A stretch of DNA of 64,000 nt from Camelus ferus (taxonomy: Eukaryota). The DNA is taken from assembly GCF_009834535.1 (NCBI RefSeq), contig NC_045697.1:63862001-63926000 (forward strand), read 5' to 3'. The notes beneath the pieces are model-generated. The model saw nothing but the letters and a program-made list of their open reading frames with translations. It was not told the DNA's origin and made no database searches. A program made the translations under genes and the position numbers. Positions 51,571 to 63,900 of this stretch are shown piece after piece. Within the stretch, counting starts at the first letter, position 1. Every line of letters starts with the position of its first letter.

Positions 51571-52299
51571 TTTAAATCTGAATTGACCTATGTTATCCCC
51601 AAATGTCTCTAAAATCTAAATCCCTAAGTAACTTGTTTTTTGAAAGAGAAATATTAGGTAAAATATGTAAACTTAATTTATGATGATTTTAGAGATAACC
51701 CTATTATTCAAGGGAAAAGGACTAATAAAACTTTCAGCCCTAAAAGGGAAATAAAATATTATTTTAATATTTTAAATATGATATAAATCCACACTATTCT
51801 CAGAAATTCAATGCAACATATATATTAAATATCAAGTGTTTTTTATTCTTAAAGTTTGAGGTTTATTATTTCTGTAGTGAAAGTAAAACAGTGATACAAA
51901 GAAAAAATGTAATAGAGCGAAGGCTGGTGCCTTTTGAAATTGTATGAACACTGCATTATTTTAGAATAGTTTTCTGTGGTTTTTTTATGGCAGATTCAAA
52001 ACAGCTTGTAAGGTAATGCTTGTTATTAATAATAGAAAACAACAAACTCTAAATCAGCATCTTAGATTTCATAATTTGGTTGTGGACAGGGTGTCAGCCT
52101 ATATAAAATGGCTGAGCTGTCTTGCTTTGCTATAGCGAAACAAAAGCCAAAATAATTTTGATTTTGCTTGAGGAAATTACATGCTGCATGGTATGTAATC
52201 TCGTGTTCAGCAATAAACATCAACAAGAGTGGTAGTCATAGTAGTAGTAGCAGGGGTGGTGGCCATGGTGGTGGAGGTGATTCTAGTGCTAGTAGACAG

Positions 52300-52500
52300 A
52301 CTTGAAGGAGTACCATCTATGTGCTGGCAACACTGCCAAGTGAGAACTTACATGATCTCTTTTATTATCCCGAACAAATTTTAAGGTGTGTGTGTGATTT
52401 TATCCCTGTTTTACAGATGAAAATACTGAAGTTAGAAGAGTTAAGTTGCTGTCTTAAGGGCGCAGTATCAGAAAATTTTCAGAGTAGGGGCTCAAACTCA
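52300..52500 (-). mobile_element. MIR
   Basis: tatccctgttttacagatgaaaatactgaagttagaagagttaag. Confidence 0.7.
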
Positions 52501-53009
52501 GTTGCATCTCTCCCCCCCCCCCCCAATTTTTGCTATTTTTAAGGCAAAGCATCACACACTATGATTAATCTTATAGTAGTATCATGGAGTTTGAGATTTA
52601 AAATTGAAAGAGTACTTAGTAATTCTGAATTTTAGAGTTGATTATATTTTATATTTGATGCATGAGAAAGACATTTCTGTATGCTGAGTCTGCAAAATGA
52701 GCAAACTAATGCCATCTTTCTTCCAGATTGTTTCTGATAAACAAATGGGTATGTATAAAATAATAGAAAAAGTTATTTTAAAATTATTTAAACTCAGGAT
52801 ACATTAAGAGAACTCTTTTTAATTGCTATTCACTGTTATGTGCTGAGGGTAAAAAACAGGAATGGTTTAGAGACCAACCTTCAAAGCAGTACAAATAAAT
52901 AAATTAATAAATTAATAATTACATAAATAAATAGGGATCTACACAGCTGTGCAAGCAAAAAAATTGGCATGTCAGATAACCATTCAGGTTTAATGAGTAT
53001 AGTAGGCAT

Positions 53010-53403
53010 ATGTAATTTTTACACACCAAACCACCCTTTGCTGGTAAAAAGACCTATTTCTTCACAAATCACAGATCCACATATTTTGGACAGGGCTTCC
53101 TCTACCCCTGGGCTCCAGGGATAGACACCACAACTCAGGCTTAGCCAATGAGAGGGCCATGACTGTAGTGACTGATCTGAAAGAAGGATCATGACACAAG
53201 CAAGCTAGATAAAGGAAAAAAAAAAAAAAAAAAAGAGAGGAAAGAGGGCATGGGGAGAGAGAAAATAATAAAACAGAACAAACTATTTCCAGCTTTTTTG
53301 TCCATTGGGCATCTTAGTCATATAAATCAACAAATTACTGCCTGTTGAAAACTATTCTGAGCTGATTTTCTGTTACCTGTAGCTGGCAATCCTGTCTAAT
53401 AGG
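53010..53403 (+). mobile_element. MaLR LTR (MLT1J/K-like) with internal poly-A
   Basis: caggcttagccaatgagag...ttttctgttacctgtagc...cctgtctaata. Confidence 0.55.
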
Positions 53404-54267
53404 ATATAAGAGTTGTATATGATCTGGAAATTTTGACTAGGCCAGGAAGATTGACTTAGGCAGTGTGATTATGGTGATTAATTTTAGATGAAAATCTAAG
53501 GTTAGAGTTGACAAGATGCTTATAATTTTCTCAAGAGGACTGGTATTTAAGCAAGGTCTTGAAGAGCAAAATCAAGAGATGACACTAAATCTCATCATGG
53601 AGAAGGGGGAAGGTAGCTGTCACTGAAAGCCTAGCAGATGCCAGGCAAGGAGCCAATATTTTACATATACATTTAGTTAACTTAGTGAGGAAATTACTTG
53701 TATCTTTTTTACTAACTTTACCAAACATATATTAAGATACTTATTCAATCTTGAAAGTTTAAGAGAGTGTTGATATCTCTTATGGTCTAGCACAAATAAT
53801 TAGGAAAAGTGGCATGATGTGAATTTTAATCTAGGAAGAAACTTCCTGGTTCAGAAAGAAAAATGGACAGTAGGCATGGGAGATTAGAGTAAGCAACATC
53901 CACCGAAACTTTTAAATTTAGTTATATTAATTAAAAACATTCTTGATGAAGAAAGGCTAAGGTGACAGATGATCAGTCTTCACTGACAAAGCAGCAATGG
54001 GAATGGGTAAAATTAAGAAAGATTTGGGAGACATTGTGGAGAAAGAATCAACAGGCCTGGAGAACTAAAAAGAATGTGGGGTATAGTGGAGATGGAGTAT
54101 GTTTCCATGGAGATTTAGGAGAGTGGAGGATTTATTAACAGAAGCAACACCTGGAGAATGAGGAATATATTAGCAGGTAAGAGGGTTATCTATAAGGACA
54201 CTAATTGATGCAGCTTTGGAACATGGGGGTTTGAAGGACCTGAAGTGTTCTTGCTGTGAAGACCAGC

Positions 54268-54570
54268 ATTCATTCTTGCATCATTTCAAAAAATATTTAT
54301 TGAGTACCTTACTATGAGCTAAGTACTCCTCTAGACAAATTTCTGGCTCTCAGGGGCCTTATATTCTAGTGGTGGGATGCAGAAAACAAACACATGAATA
54401 AATATGTACTGTATCAGTGGTGAAAAATTATAGAAAGAAAAATAAAGCAGCATCAGGGGATCTGGGGTTGTTATTTTATAATCCTGGATGGTGAGGGCCT
54501 CTCTGAACTGAGATCTGAAGAAATTGAGGGGGTGCGCCATAAGGATATTTGGAGTAAGAGAATTTCAGGA
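54268..54570 (-). mobile_element. L2 3' end
   Basis: cattcattc...aaatatttattgagtaccttactatg...gagctgagatctgaag-like core. Confidence 0.75.
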
Positions 54571-56669
54571 TTTATGTTGTATTATTTATTTACATACTTG
54601 ACTGCAGTGTGAACTCCTGAAAGAGCCTGCTATACTTACCAAAAAAAAAAAAAAAAAAGTTTGGTTTCAGACTTCATCATATCAATCCTGGATTGTTGCT
54701 TTAGTCTTTCAAAAGATCTTGATTTGCTGAACACACCCTCCCTTTATTGTCCACAAGTTCTAAATTTTCCAACAAATTTTCGTTTGGGGTCATTTGCTCC
54801 AAGAAGCCAGGGTAGATAAAATATTCTTTCATACACCCAAACATACTTCTATCATAATGCTGTAGATTTAAGAGTCTATAAAGTTCTCAAAGACAAATAC
54901 CTATGATTTAACTCTAGCAGAGTGACTTACTCTCAATAAAATTTTGTTGAGTTGAATTAGAAGTAATCTGGATTGACTGAAGCATAGGATATATATAGGT
55001 GAGAGAATGACAAAAAATATGAGGAAGAGAAGACATAAAATATGAAGGTGTCAAAAATAACTAAGGCAAAATTGCGAAACAGCTGATTCAGTAACTAAAC
55101 TGACATGTCAACGAATGAATCAAACATGAGGAGAAGGCTGCTGCTTCTGTTACAGTGCCATCCATTTTCTCCACTTTTCCTTCTATTTCTAATTAAGTAA
55201 AGCTATATAAATATAGCCCATAGCAGTGTCTCACAGATACTTAGGATTCAATAAAATATCCACATTTAGAGTTAGGTTTGGTAAAGAACCCTTGAAAGAT
55301 ATTTACATCATTTTCTTTGATTAAAGAAGTAAATGAATCCATTAAATAAATTAATTTAGATATATGCAGATGTGTATTCTTTGATCAAGCTCTTACTGCC
55401 ATATTCAGTTCAAATGGCAGGAGTACTTTTTATTTTATTTTTTTTTTCAAGACAGATATAATCCTTTTTTTTTTCCTCTTTAAGAACAAATGACTTTTTT
55501 AGTTTGGGTATCATATGACTTTGAAGACAGGAATGTCATAAATGAGATTCTTAGTGTAGTTCATTGATTCGGGTATTTATTTAATCACACCTTACAGTCT
55601 CTCTCATGTCTCAGCACATTTTGATAGTGTATTGACATATTTTAAATTTAACCATGGATTCCAGGATACACATGACCTTTTCAGAAAGTATATATTATTG
55701 TAAGAATTTAAAAGAACTGAATAATCTTTGAGCAGAGATGTTAACTACTATAATCAATTGCAAAACAGCTGTTACTATTAAGTCTTATGTAACTACACAT
55801 TAGGTTGTGATTTTTAACCTTGTTTTAAACAACATTGTTTAGTAGCAAATTTTCTTCACTTAGACATGCAGTTAGCCAAATTTTTATTTGAGGTACAAAA
55901 ATATTTCTATAAATATTTTAAATAAAGTCTAGAAAACTTTCATTGGAAATACACACTCAATTTTAAAATTTTAATGCCTTAAGTAAAATATTGTCATATT
56001 ATTTAATTACATCATATTTAGTAACTAAAGAATTCTTCCCAATGCTTACCTATTGTTCACTTTATTGGAAAGGGAGTGGTCCTGGGATTGACAGCCTATT
56101 GAAATCCCCCCCTAATAATGTTATTGTCTCTCCCCACTCAAAAAGTTCCTAACTGTATGATATCATATGAAGAATTAATTCTCATATTTAGTCTTGAAAG
56201 ATAATTTTAACAAAAGTTTCTGAGTTAATATCTTTAAATAGTATGTTAGTTCTTCTTCTAGTACAGAAGATCCATAATTCAGTTAGTAATCTATGGTTAC
56301 CTGTCCTTGGTTAAAGGTTCATTATTTTGTATTATTCATTGCATTTCCCTCAAATTTCAAAGATATTTATCATAAAGTTGTTAATACAGTCACAACTGTC
56401 ACCATTAAGTCTCATTTTTTTCTTATGTGTCTTTCTTAAAAAATAAGATTAATAAATATATAGAGAAGACCATTTGTATTACTCTCAGTCTTACAAAAAT
56501 AATCTTCCAGTTACTGTAAAGTTAACTTGATGTCTACAATATAGGAGAGAAATGGTACATGATATCTTTAGGGAAGATATTAAATAGTAGAGTCTACTTC
56601 TATCTAATTATATTTGTAGTTTAGTGTTTGAGGCAAGTTTAGATAACATTATTTTTCTATTTCTAACAG

Positions 56670-56753
56670 ACAGACTTTAAAGGATATTAGCTTTTGAGTT
56701 GTTTGGGAGTGGCTTTCGATGTTTATTCACATATATATTACTGGAACACTGGG
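56670..56753 (+). pseudogene. Exon remnant QTLKDISF*VVWEWLSMFIHIYITGTL(G)
   Basis: tttttctatttctaacag| ... ggg|gtaaca; 84 nt, phase 2-2. F*VVW aligns with dynein YAILW / FSLVW; TGA at 56695. Confidence 0.6.
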
Positions 56754-57884
56754 GTAACACTGCTGTAAGCTTAAAAATAGGCTAACCTGATATAAGCAGT
56801 AAATGTACCCATGTAACATGAATCCATCCATCTATCCATCCATATATACAGATTTGTTCATTTCCTGACTCAGATGACTAGTAGGTAAGTTCAAGACAGA
56901 AAGAGTTATGCTTGTCTCATTGCTTTACTAATATAATGAAGAACTCATATTGCGTTTTCAATAAATATTTGTTGTATTGTTAATGAGTAGGAGCAGGAGG
57001 GAAAGAGGCTGGCTGGCTGGCTATCATATGAGGTATTGGATGGTTAAGTTCTGGTCTTCAACATTGTTGGCTCATTGCATTCATTTTTTAAAATTTATTC
57101 TCTGTAATGTTGTAACAGTGTGTACCTTTCTAGCAAATGTGTCATGAACTACTTTGTACCTTTATTTCCCTATCTAGAATGCAAACTTGGAGTATTATTT
57201 TTAACTATATCAAATCTTGTATCTTTCACAGCCTATTCTACATCGTAGGTGATTTTTCACATTAAAAAATTTTGTTTAGAGACTACCCTGGCAAACCACT
57301 GACATTATCAGTGTCTTGGTTCAGTTGAACAGGATCAGACTCTTTGTGGCTGAATTCATAATGAGTACATTTATTCAACAAATTGAAAATTCAGTAATTT
57401 GTAAAGGAATTAATAGTTTAAGATATTTATTTTAAGCAATTAATTTATTATTTCCTTAATTTGTCTGAAAAAATTTATAGAGTGCCTACCATGTGTCAGT
57501 CAGTTTACACAGAGCCACTCTGTGATGGAGGAGGGGAAGCTCCATGAGCCTAAGAATACAGCCAACAAAGGGAATTAATGTTCTGAAGGCAGACCCATGT
57601 TTAGACATGAGTACATCACACAGTGTGTAACTCAGGCTACCCCATAAAAGTTCCCAGTGGATGTGCATACCAGTGGTGTAACTGGTATATTTAACACGAA
57701 ACTGGGGATAAATACGGCCATGATTTTCCATCCTTGCTTCTTTTTTTTGTATGAATTATTATTATTATTTTTTTAGTACTATGGGCAGGTATAGATGTTT
57801 TCAGTTCATTTGTTGCTGTCCATCCACAGGATACTGAGTATTTTTCATATTTCATGTTTCATTCCTATCATTTCTGGAAGCTCA

Positions 57885-59240
57885 TTATTTCAGCCATATT
57901 TTATATACAAATTAAAACTATATACAAAAAGTACAAAGACTAGTATAATAAATTCCCAGGTATGTATCACCTGGCTATCAGTTATCAATTCATTGCCATT
58001 AATATTTCTTCTGAATTCCCAACAATTCTACCTACTAGTCTACCTCTTACTACTACTTGTCTTTAAAAAAAAAAAACTGGACATTATGCCATTTAATTAT
58101 AAATATTTTAGTGTATATCTCTAAAAATAAAATACTTTAAAAGCACAATACTATTATTACACAAAGAATATTTAGCCATAGTTTTTTGGTATCACCAAAT
58201 ATTTAATTAGGATACACAATTCTCAAATAGGCTTAGTCTTTTAATAGTGCATTTGAACCAGGATACAAATAGAGCCTATTGAAATTGGTTGATATGTTGA
58301 TATATCTTGATCCTTGAACTTTTCAATGAAAAGAGCTAGCAGATACATATTTATATATAAATATACGTACAGATCTTGATCAATTTATGATGGGGTTATG
58401 TCCCAATAAACCCATCATGAGTTGAAAATATCTTGAGTTGAAAAATGCATTTAATACACCTAACCTACCAAACATTACAGTTTAGCATAGCTTACTTTAA
58501 ATGTGCTGAGAACACTTACATTAGCCTACAGCTGGGTAAAAAATCATCTAACACAAAGTCTATTTTATAATGAAGTGTTGAACATCTCATACTGATAATG
58601 TAGTGAAAATGAAAAACAGAATGGTTGTATGGGGACAGCATGGTTGCTTTCCCTCATGGTCACGTGGCTGACTGGGAGCTGCAGCTCACTGCCGCTGCCC
58701 AGCATCACAAGAGTATTGTAGTGCATATGGCTAGCCCAGGAAAAGTTCACAATTTAAAAATCAAAGTATGATTCTGCTAACTGCATATCACCATTGTAAA
58801 GTCAAAAAAATTTTAAGTCAAACCTGTATAAGTATGGGACTGTTTGAATATACTGCACTGTAAGTCCATAGTGATTCATTAAATTCAAATTTGAGCAACA
58901 GAGTTTTAACAGAAATAATCTTATTGAACTTATATCTGCATCTTCATTCTCCTGTGCTGAATATCCTGGTTCTTAATGTTCTTATCATTAAGTTCTCTAT
59001 TTGCTTTATCTCATACTATATAAAATACAGTTTTAGTGTTCATGATCAACACATTAACAATATTTTTACCAAATACAGTTTGTATTTTTTGTTTGCTTTT
59101 GCATTTATTTTGTAATTGAGTATTATGCTTTAAATTAACAAGTTAATTTTCAATAATCACAATTAGCAAAAAGCCAAAATATGAACCATATGTATTAATT
59201 GTAATCTTTGGTTTATAATAATGAGACTCACAGAAGTCTC
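57885..59240 (-). mobile_element. Old L1 (L1MC-like) 3' region interrupted by a Tigger element
   Basis: gtacaaagactagtataataaattccca...aaatattttagtgtatatctctaaaaataa; resumes after 58846. Confidence 0.6.
58370..58846 (+). mobile_element. MER47/Tigger5-type TcMar DNA transposon
   Basis: TA|cagat...atggggttatgtcccaataaacccatc...gtggctgactgggagctgcagctcactgccgctgcccagcatc...gggactgtttg. Confidence 0.9.
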
Positions 59241-60007
59241 CTGGTAAAAGGAAAGGTTTTTTGTTTGTTTGTTTCGTAAGATACGGAAGTGCCCTAGCAA
59301 GACAATAGACCTGGAATCTAAGCAATTCTTCAGATTGTTAGTTCCCTGACTCTTTCTCGAGTCATTTTTCTGGAATCTCCACTTTTCTTTTTATATTTGT
59401 TGTCTTCTCTCTTTACCAGTAGGCTTTTTTCCCTAGTCATAGTTTCTGCTCCCTTAATAAGGCTGTCTTTTACAGAGAACATCATGACCACTCACTCATT
59501 ACTAAGTCATGGATTTTCATCTTTAGGGTCCGCTACCAGTGGCTTCCCTCTCTCAATATTACCTGGTTATTCTCTTTTGGTTATTGGTTCCCTCGCGTGT
59601 TGGATGTCCTTGAATCACGTGCCCACCATCTAGCCTACCTATTATCCTGTGGAACATCACTTGGAACCGGTTTTTAAGTAGCTGTTGTGAATATTTTATA
59701 AAGAGCTTTGTGGATGGCAAACATTCTAAAGCAAGACCTAGCAAGTCTAGCAGGATTTCAGGAAATGTTGTGAATAGCTAACCTGTCTTACTGTTTTAGT
59801 TAGTTTGTGTAGCATTTATTCTTAGCCACTGTTATTATATAAAATATATGGGAATACATGCTGTATGTGCAATTTTCTTGTGTGAAGAATTGGTAAAAAT
59901 AATGATAATATTTTTCCATAGGTAGGGGAATTTTAAGGAAATAATTTGTTAGCTTGTATGAAGTAATTTTGGTTCATTGTTGCCGTTCCCTTCAGTTTTC
60001 TCCCTAG

Positions 60008-60049
60008 GATGTCAGATGAGATAACTAGAACCCTTATGACAATTGTGAG
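60008..60049 (+). pseudogene. Exon remnant MSDEITRTLMTIV(R)
   Basis: ttttctccctag| ... gag|gtcaga; 42 nt, open, phase 2-2. Confidence 0.5.
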
Positions 60050-60788
60050 GTCAGATCCATAACTTCCACTGAGGTTTGTTTCTGTTCAATAGCAGCTAAT
60101 AGTAAATTCAATGTTCTCAAATATGTGCTCACAGTAATGTGCTCCATTTGGTCTGCGCTGTGATTTTCAGCTCCTACTTAATAATAGTTCTATGCCCTTT
60201 AGCAAAAATAACAGCAGGGAGACCATAATGTTCAAAACAACAAACTTGTTAAATGTGTAGTGTATCTTTTCTATCCTGTTTGCCCTTACCAGTTCACGAT
60301 TGCTTCTGGAATTCTTGCCAGTTTTACACACTTTCTACTTCCTAAAATCAAACATTGTAGTTGTTTCTCTTTTTAAAACACATGAGATAAATGTGATGTG
60401 ATCAGCTTTCATCATGCTTCATATTGGTGGGGGGAACTTAATTCACTTGTCTCCAGCCCTCATAATTGCCATATACTTTTATTGATCAAGCATTTGCATT
60501 CAAAATATTTTTATTTAGTAGTGATTTCACTTACTTTAATCAGCCTTATAATGGAGAGAAAAAAGAAAAAACTGAGGATAAAGTTCACAAAATTTTTCCC
60601 TGCATAAAGTACAAAAATGTTCCCTATTCTCTCAAAACTACTAAGTTTACTCTATTGGGAGTCCAACCAATGTGTTAATATAATACAAATATGAAATCAA
60701 CTAGAAAGGGAAAGGAAGCATGAAGAGGTGCTTATGAATAAGGCTGTGAGTCCTAAATCCTACCATAGTGGACAATACAGAATTCTTC

Positions 60789-61204
60789 AGTGATAGATTG
60801 CTTTACTGTTTCCAGCAACTCTCTCTCTTATAAGAGTTTTCTAAATCCTCATTCATTGCCATGTGACTTTCTGTGTGTCTGGTAGGCAGAGCTTTTATCC
60901 CTGTCCTTTTGATGTTGACTTAAACTCTATAACCAATTTTGGCCAATGAAATGAGAGTGGATATAGTTTATGTCCCATCTAAGCCAAAGGTTAATGAGCA
61001 TTGCTAGATTCTGCCATTTCTTTTGCTCTTTCCTCACTGCCATGGAAATGGCATGTTCCAAAGAGGACTACTCCTTCAGCTGGGCAGTAGAACAAGAGCA
61101 GAGATCAGAGATGCAGCAGGTGCGTCACATGAGAGAGAAATACTTGCTGTTGTAAGCCACTGAGATTTGGGGGTTATTTGCTACTACACGAAAGCTGAAT
61201 AATA
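60789..61204 (+). mobile_element. MaLR LTR (MLT1H/I-like)
   Basis: ttgccatgtgacttt...tttggccaatgaaatg...tgttgtaagccactgagatttggggg. Confidence 0.8.
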
Positions 61205-61494
61205 TAATTCTTCCTTTTTTGCAATTTGTAGAAATTTTTGAGCGTTTCCTTTTTTTGCTGTCCTTTTCTCTAGAGTAATAATTTCAAGTTTTAAGTTCCT
61301 TGAAGTTTTTTAAATTTCTCTTTCCTGTATATCTTCTACAAAGTAGTGTGTTGAGTTAATGATTTAACAAATAGTTGGAAGGCTGATCATCAGTTAGATA
61401 AACCCTTTAAATTAGACAGTATCCAGGTCAAAAGTACCTCATATTATCTCAATCAGTAGCTTTTGAATTTTGGATTACTGAACAATTACTTCAA

Positions 61495-61590
61495 AATTAT
61501 ATATTTGATATATATAATGATTATATTTAATATATAATATATCATCTATATTTATATATAATTATATATTTGATATGTATAATAATTATT
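61495..61590. repeat. AT-rich low-complexity tract
   Basis: Imperfect repeats of attatatatttgatat. Confidence 0.8.
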
Positions 61591-62413
61591 GTGGTTTCTT
61601 AAAACTGATATTGTTAACTCCATAACCGCATAGACTTTGTACTCTATAAGTGCCTATTGAAAAGTCTAACTAATTTAGGATAGAAAATGTTAAATATCCA
61701 AGTTCTACTACAAAGTATGTAGACTTTTATAAAGTGTAAAGTATGGTTGAGAACAATATTTTCTAGTTATTGAATATTTAATTTAATAACATTTGGTAAA
61801 GAATACACAAATTGCCAAAATTCAAGGAATTAACATGAAATAAAATGTATATTTTACTTGATTTATGTTCTAAAGCAGGCCAGAGAATTGAAAATATAAG
61901 AATAGAAATATAATTGAGAATATAGGAACCAGAGCTTAGGCTATACCAGACACAAATGTATCAGTACTTATACTGGTATAACAGAGATGATAATTTCCAT
62001 TCTTGACAATCTCTAGTTTAATGTAACTTAGTCTCATAAATGAAAACACACTGACAGTCTCAGATTATGCAATCTCTTCTGTGCATTAAGGAAGAAACCT
62101 TTTCTACCTGTGACTGGTACCATAAAACTTATTACCCGAGGGCTAAGTCTACCCCTTCTGATCCCAGGAGTCTTTAAAAAAAAAAAAAAGGGGGAGAGAT
62201 GGGACATAAAGTCAGGACAGGCTTTAGAAACATTCAGAATTCCACAATATAAGTTGTGAGTTGTGCTTTTGCCCTCAAGGAGATACAGGCTTATTTGTAT
62301 CCACTAAGTTTTTTACAGTAAACCGAAATGTTTGTAAAATGAGATGAATATATTTAAAATTACCTTTGACATATTTCTGTATGTATCTGTGTATCTGTAT
62401 GGCTTTTGATCAG

Positions 62414-62535
62414 TTGAGGTGTTTATTAAAAGTATAACCAAGTCTTTGTATACATCAAGAACTTGGTGCTTCAACAAGACAAGCTTGAACATCCTTTCTT
62501 ATCATACTACTTAAACTTGGAAAGATGCACTAAAG
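62414..62535 (+). pseudogene. Exon remnant ...EHPFLSYYLNLERCTK
   Basis: cttttgatcag| ... aag|gtttat; FLSYYLN resembles the dynein FDYY.D motif before AAA3; upstream stops. Confidence 0.5.
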
Positions 62536-63214
62536 GTTTATTTCTCCTAATCTTCTAAAAGGCACAGCATATACAATTTTAACCATAGCTAAGACAACCT
62601 CATGCCACAGTGCATCAGCACAACCTCCTGACTTGGCTCTCTCTTCAAATTGCCCATATCGTATAAGCTTGTCTGACCATAGACAAAAACAGAATTTGTT
62701 CCAAGACCCAGATACAGTATGACTTAGCTTCCTTTACCTTTTCTAGTAATACATTGCAAATATCATTCTCCTTCTGATGCAGTATCTCCTTTCTCCATTC
62801 CACTGCTCTTTAAAAAAAAAAAAAACTTTTTAGCTTATTAATAGTTTAATTCTCAAAATAGATATTCTATTGTATCAACAGAATCAAGTCATCACACAAA
62901 AACTTAGGGGAGTTACCTTTTACATGGCTAACAACATTTAAAAACTATATTTAAATTCACTTAATTAGTTTCCCTCAAAGGTCCAATAAACATAATGAAA
63001 AAGATAAAGGAGTTAATTTATTCAATCCTCTACGTGGAAGGTAATGGATTCTCATGAATAGCAGTATCTAAATTTGAACTTACACACTCTGAGAGAAACG
63101 ACAGCAGGCATGATTGTAAAGTAAAATAGCGAGGCCATTTGTCAATATGAAGCTAGGAAAGGTGAATTTTTCCCAAAATAGTTCCTATTACATGGAGTTA
63201 TAGTATATGTATAT

Positions 63215-63505
63215 TTTTTAATTTAAAAATCTTACTGGCTTTATTTAACGATTTATAAATCAAGCAACATCCATCTTAGCAGATAGAAGCTCTGAGGAGC
63301 TATACAAAATTAAAGACCTTTATAGGCAAAAGGGAGTTGAAATAAAGAAGTTATGCTAGGCAAAGAAACAAGTTGGTTATTGCAAGGTTACTTTCCATTA
63401 GGGAATGGCAGAGGTCTATCAGGCAGATTATTTTAATTATTAATTATTTAATCAGCAGATTCCCAATTGACTGTTAGAAGATTCCATTTCTAGGGGAGTG
63501 GAGTT
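63215..63505 (-). mobile_element. ERV1-type LTR fragment
   Basis: ggctttatt...agctctgaggagctatacaaaat...tttataggc...ttggttattgcaagg. Confidence 0.6.
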
Positions 63506-63770
63506 CCAGTATATTAATGAAGCAGGGTTTGAATCCTCAGGTAAAGTAAAAATAATTACATAGAAGTTTGGGAAAGACAACTGGGGAAAGTATCAGTTTG
63601 CTTTGCTGGCCTGCAGGCACAAACATTGAAACCTTTTGTACTTTTGCTTTGAGATCTTTTTTATTTGCTGTTTGGAACTTTATATAAATTCATATAGGAA
63701 AAAAAATAGGATTTTGTGTATGTGATTGTGGCAAATAGGGAAGAAAATGTTGTAAGCCACCTTCTCCCAG

Positions 63771-63900
63771 TGCCCAGACATTTCATTCTGTTGCAAATGA
63801 TAAAGAATATTCACTTACTGAGGATGAGTACAAAGTCCAATCAGATAGTAACTGTGTGTTGAACTTTTTAAAGACATTCTTCATCTGAGAGAGCCCACTA
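63771..63900 (+). pseudogene. Exon remnant, start of AAA3
   Basis: ccttctcccag|. DSNCVLNFLKTFFI*ESPL(V) aligns without gaps to recalled DYNC1H1 [20 protein letters not shown]; possible donor cta|gttaat. Confidence 0.7.

Larger units (their letters stand above)
451..63900 (+). pseudogene. Intron-containing pseudogene of a highly diverged dynein heavy chain-like gene (tail end, linker, AAA1, AAA2, start of AAA3); extends beyond both window ends
   Basis: About 25 AG..GT-bounded segments translate in genomic order into peptides colinear with dynein heavy chain, often with exact spacing (by-eye alignment to recalled DYNC1H1/DNAH sequences). Multiple in-frame stops and frameshifts are present. Confidence 0.8.

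Noticed and set aside
63819..63884. Minus-strand exon-like segment with tca|gtaagt donor
   Set aside because: Isolated, and it overlaps the much better + strand AAA3 match; probably chance.
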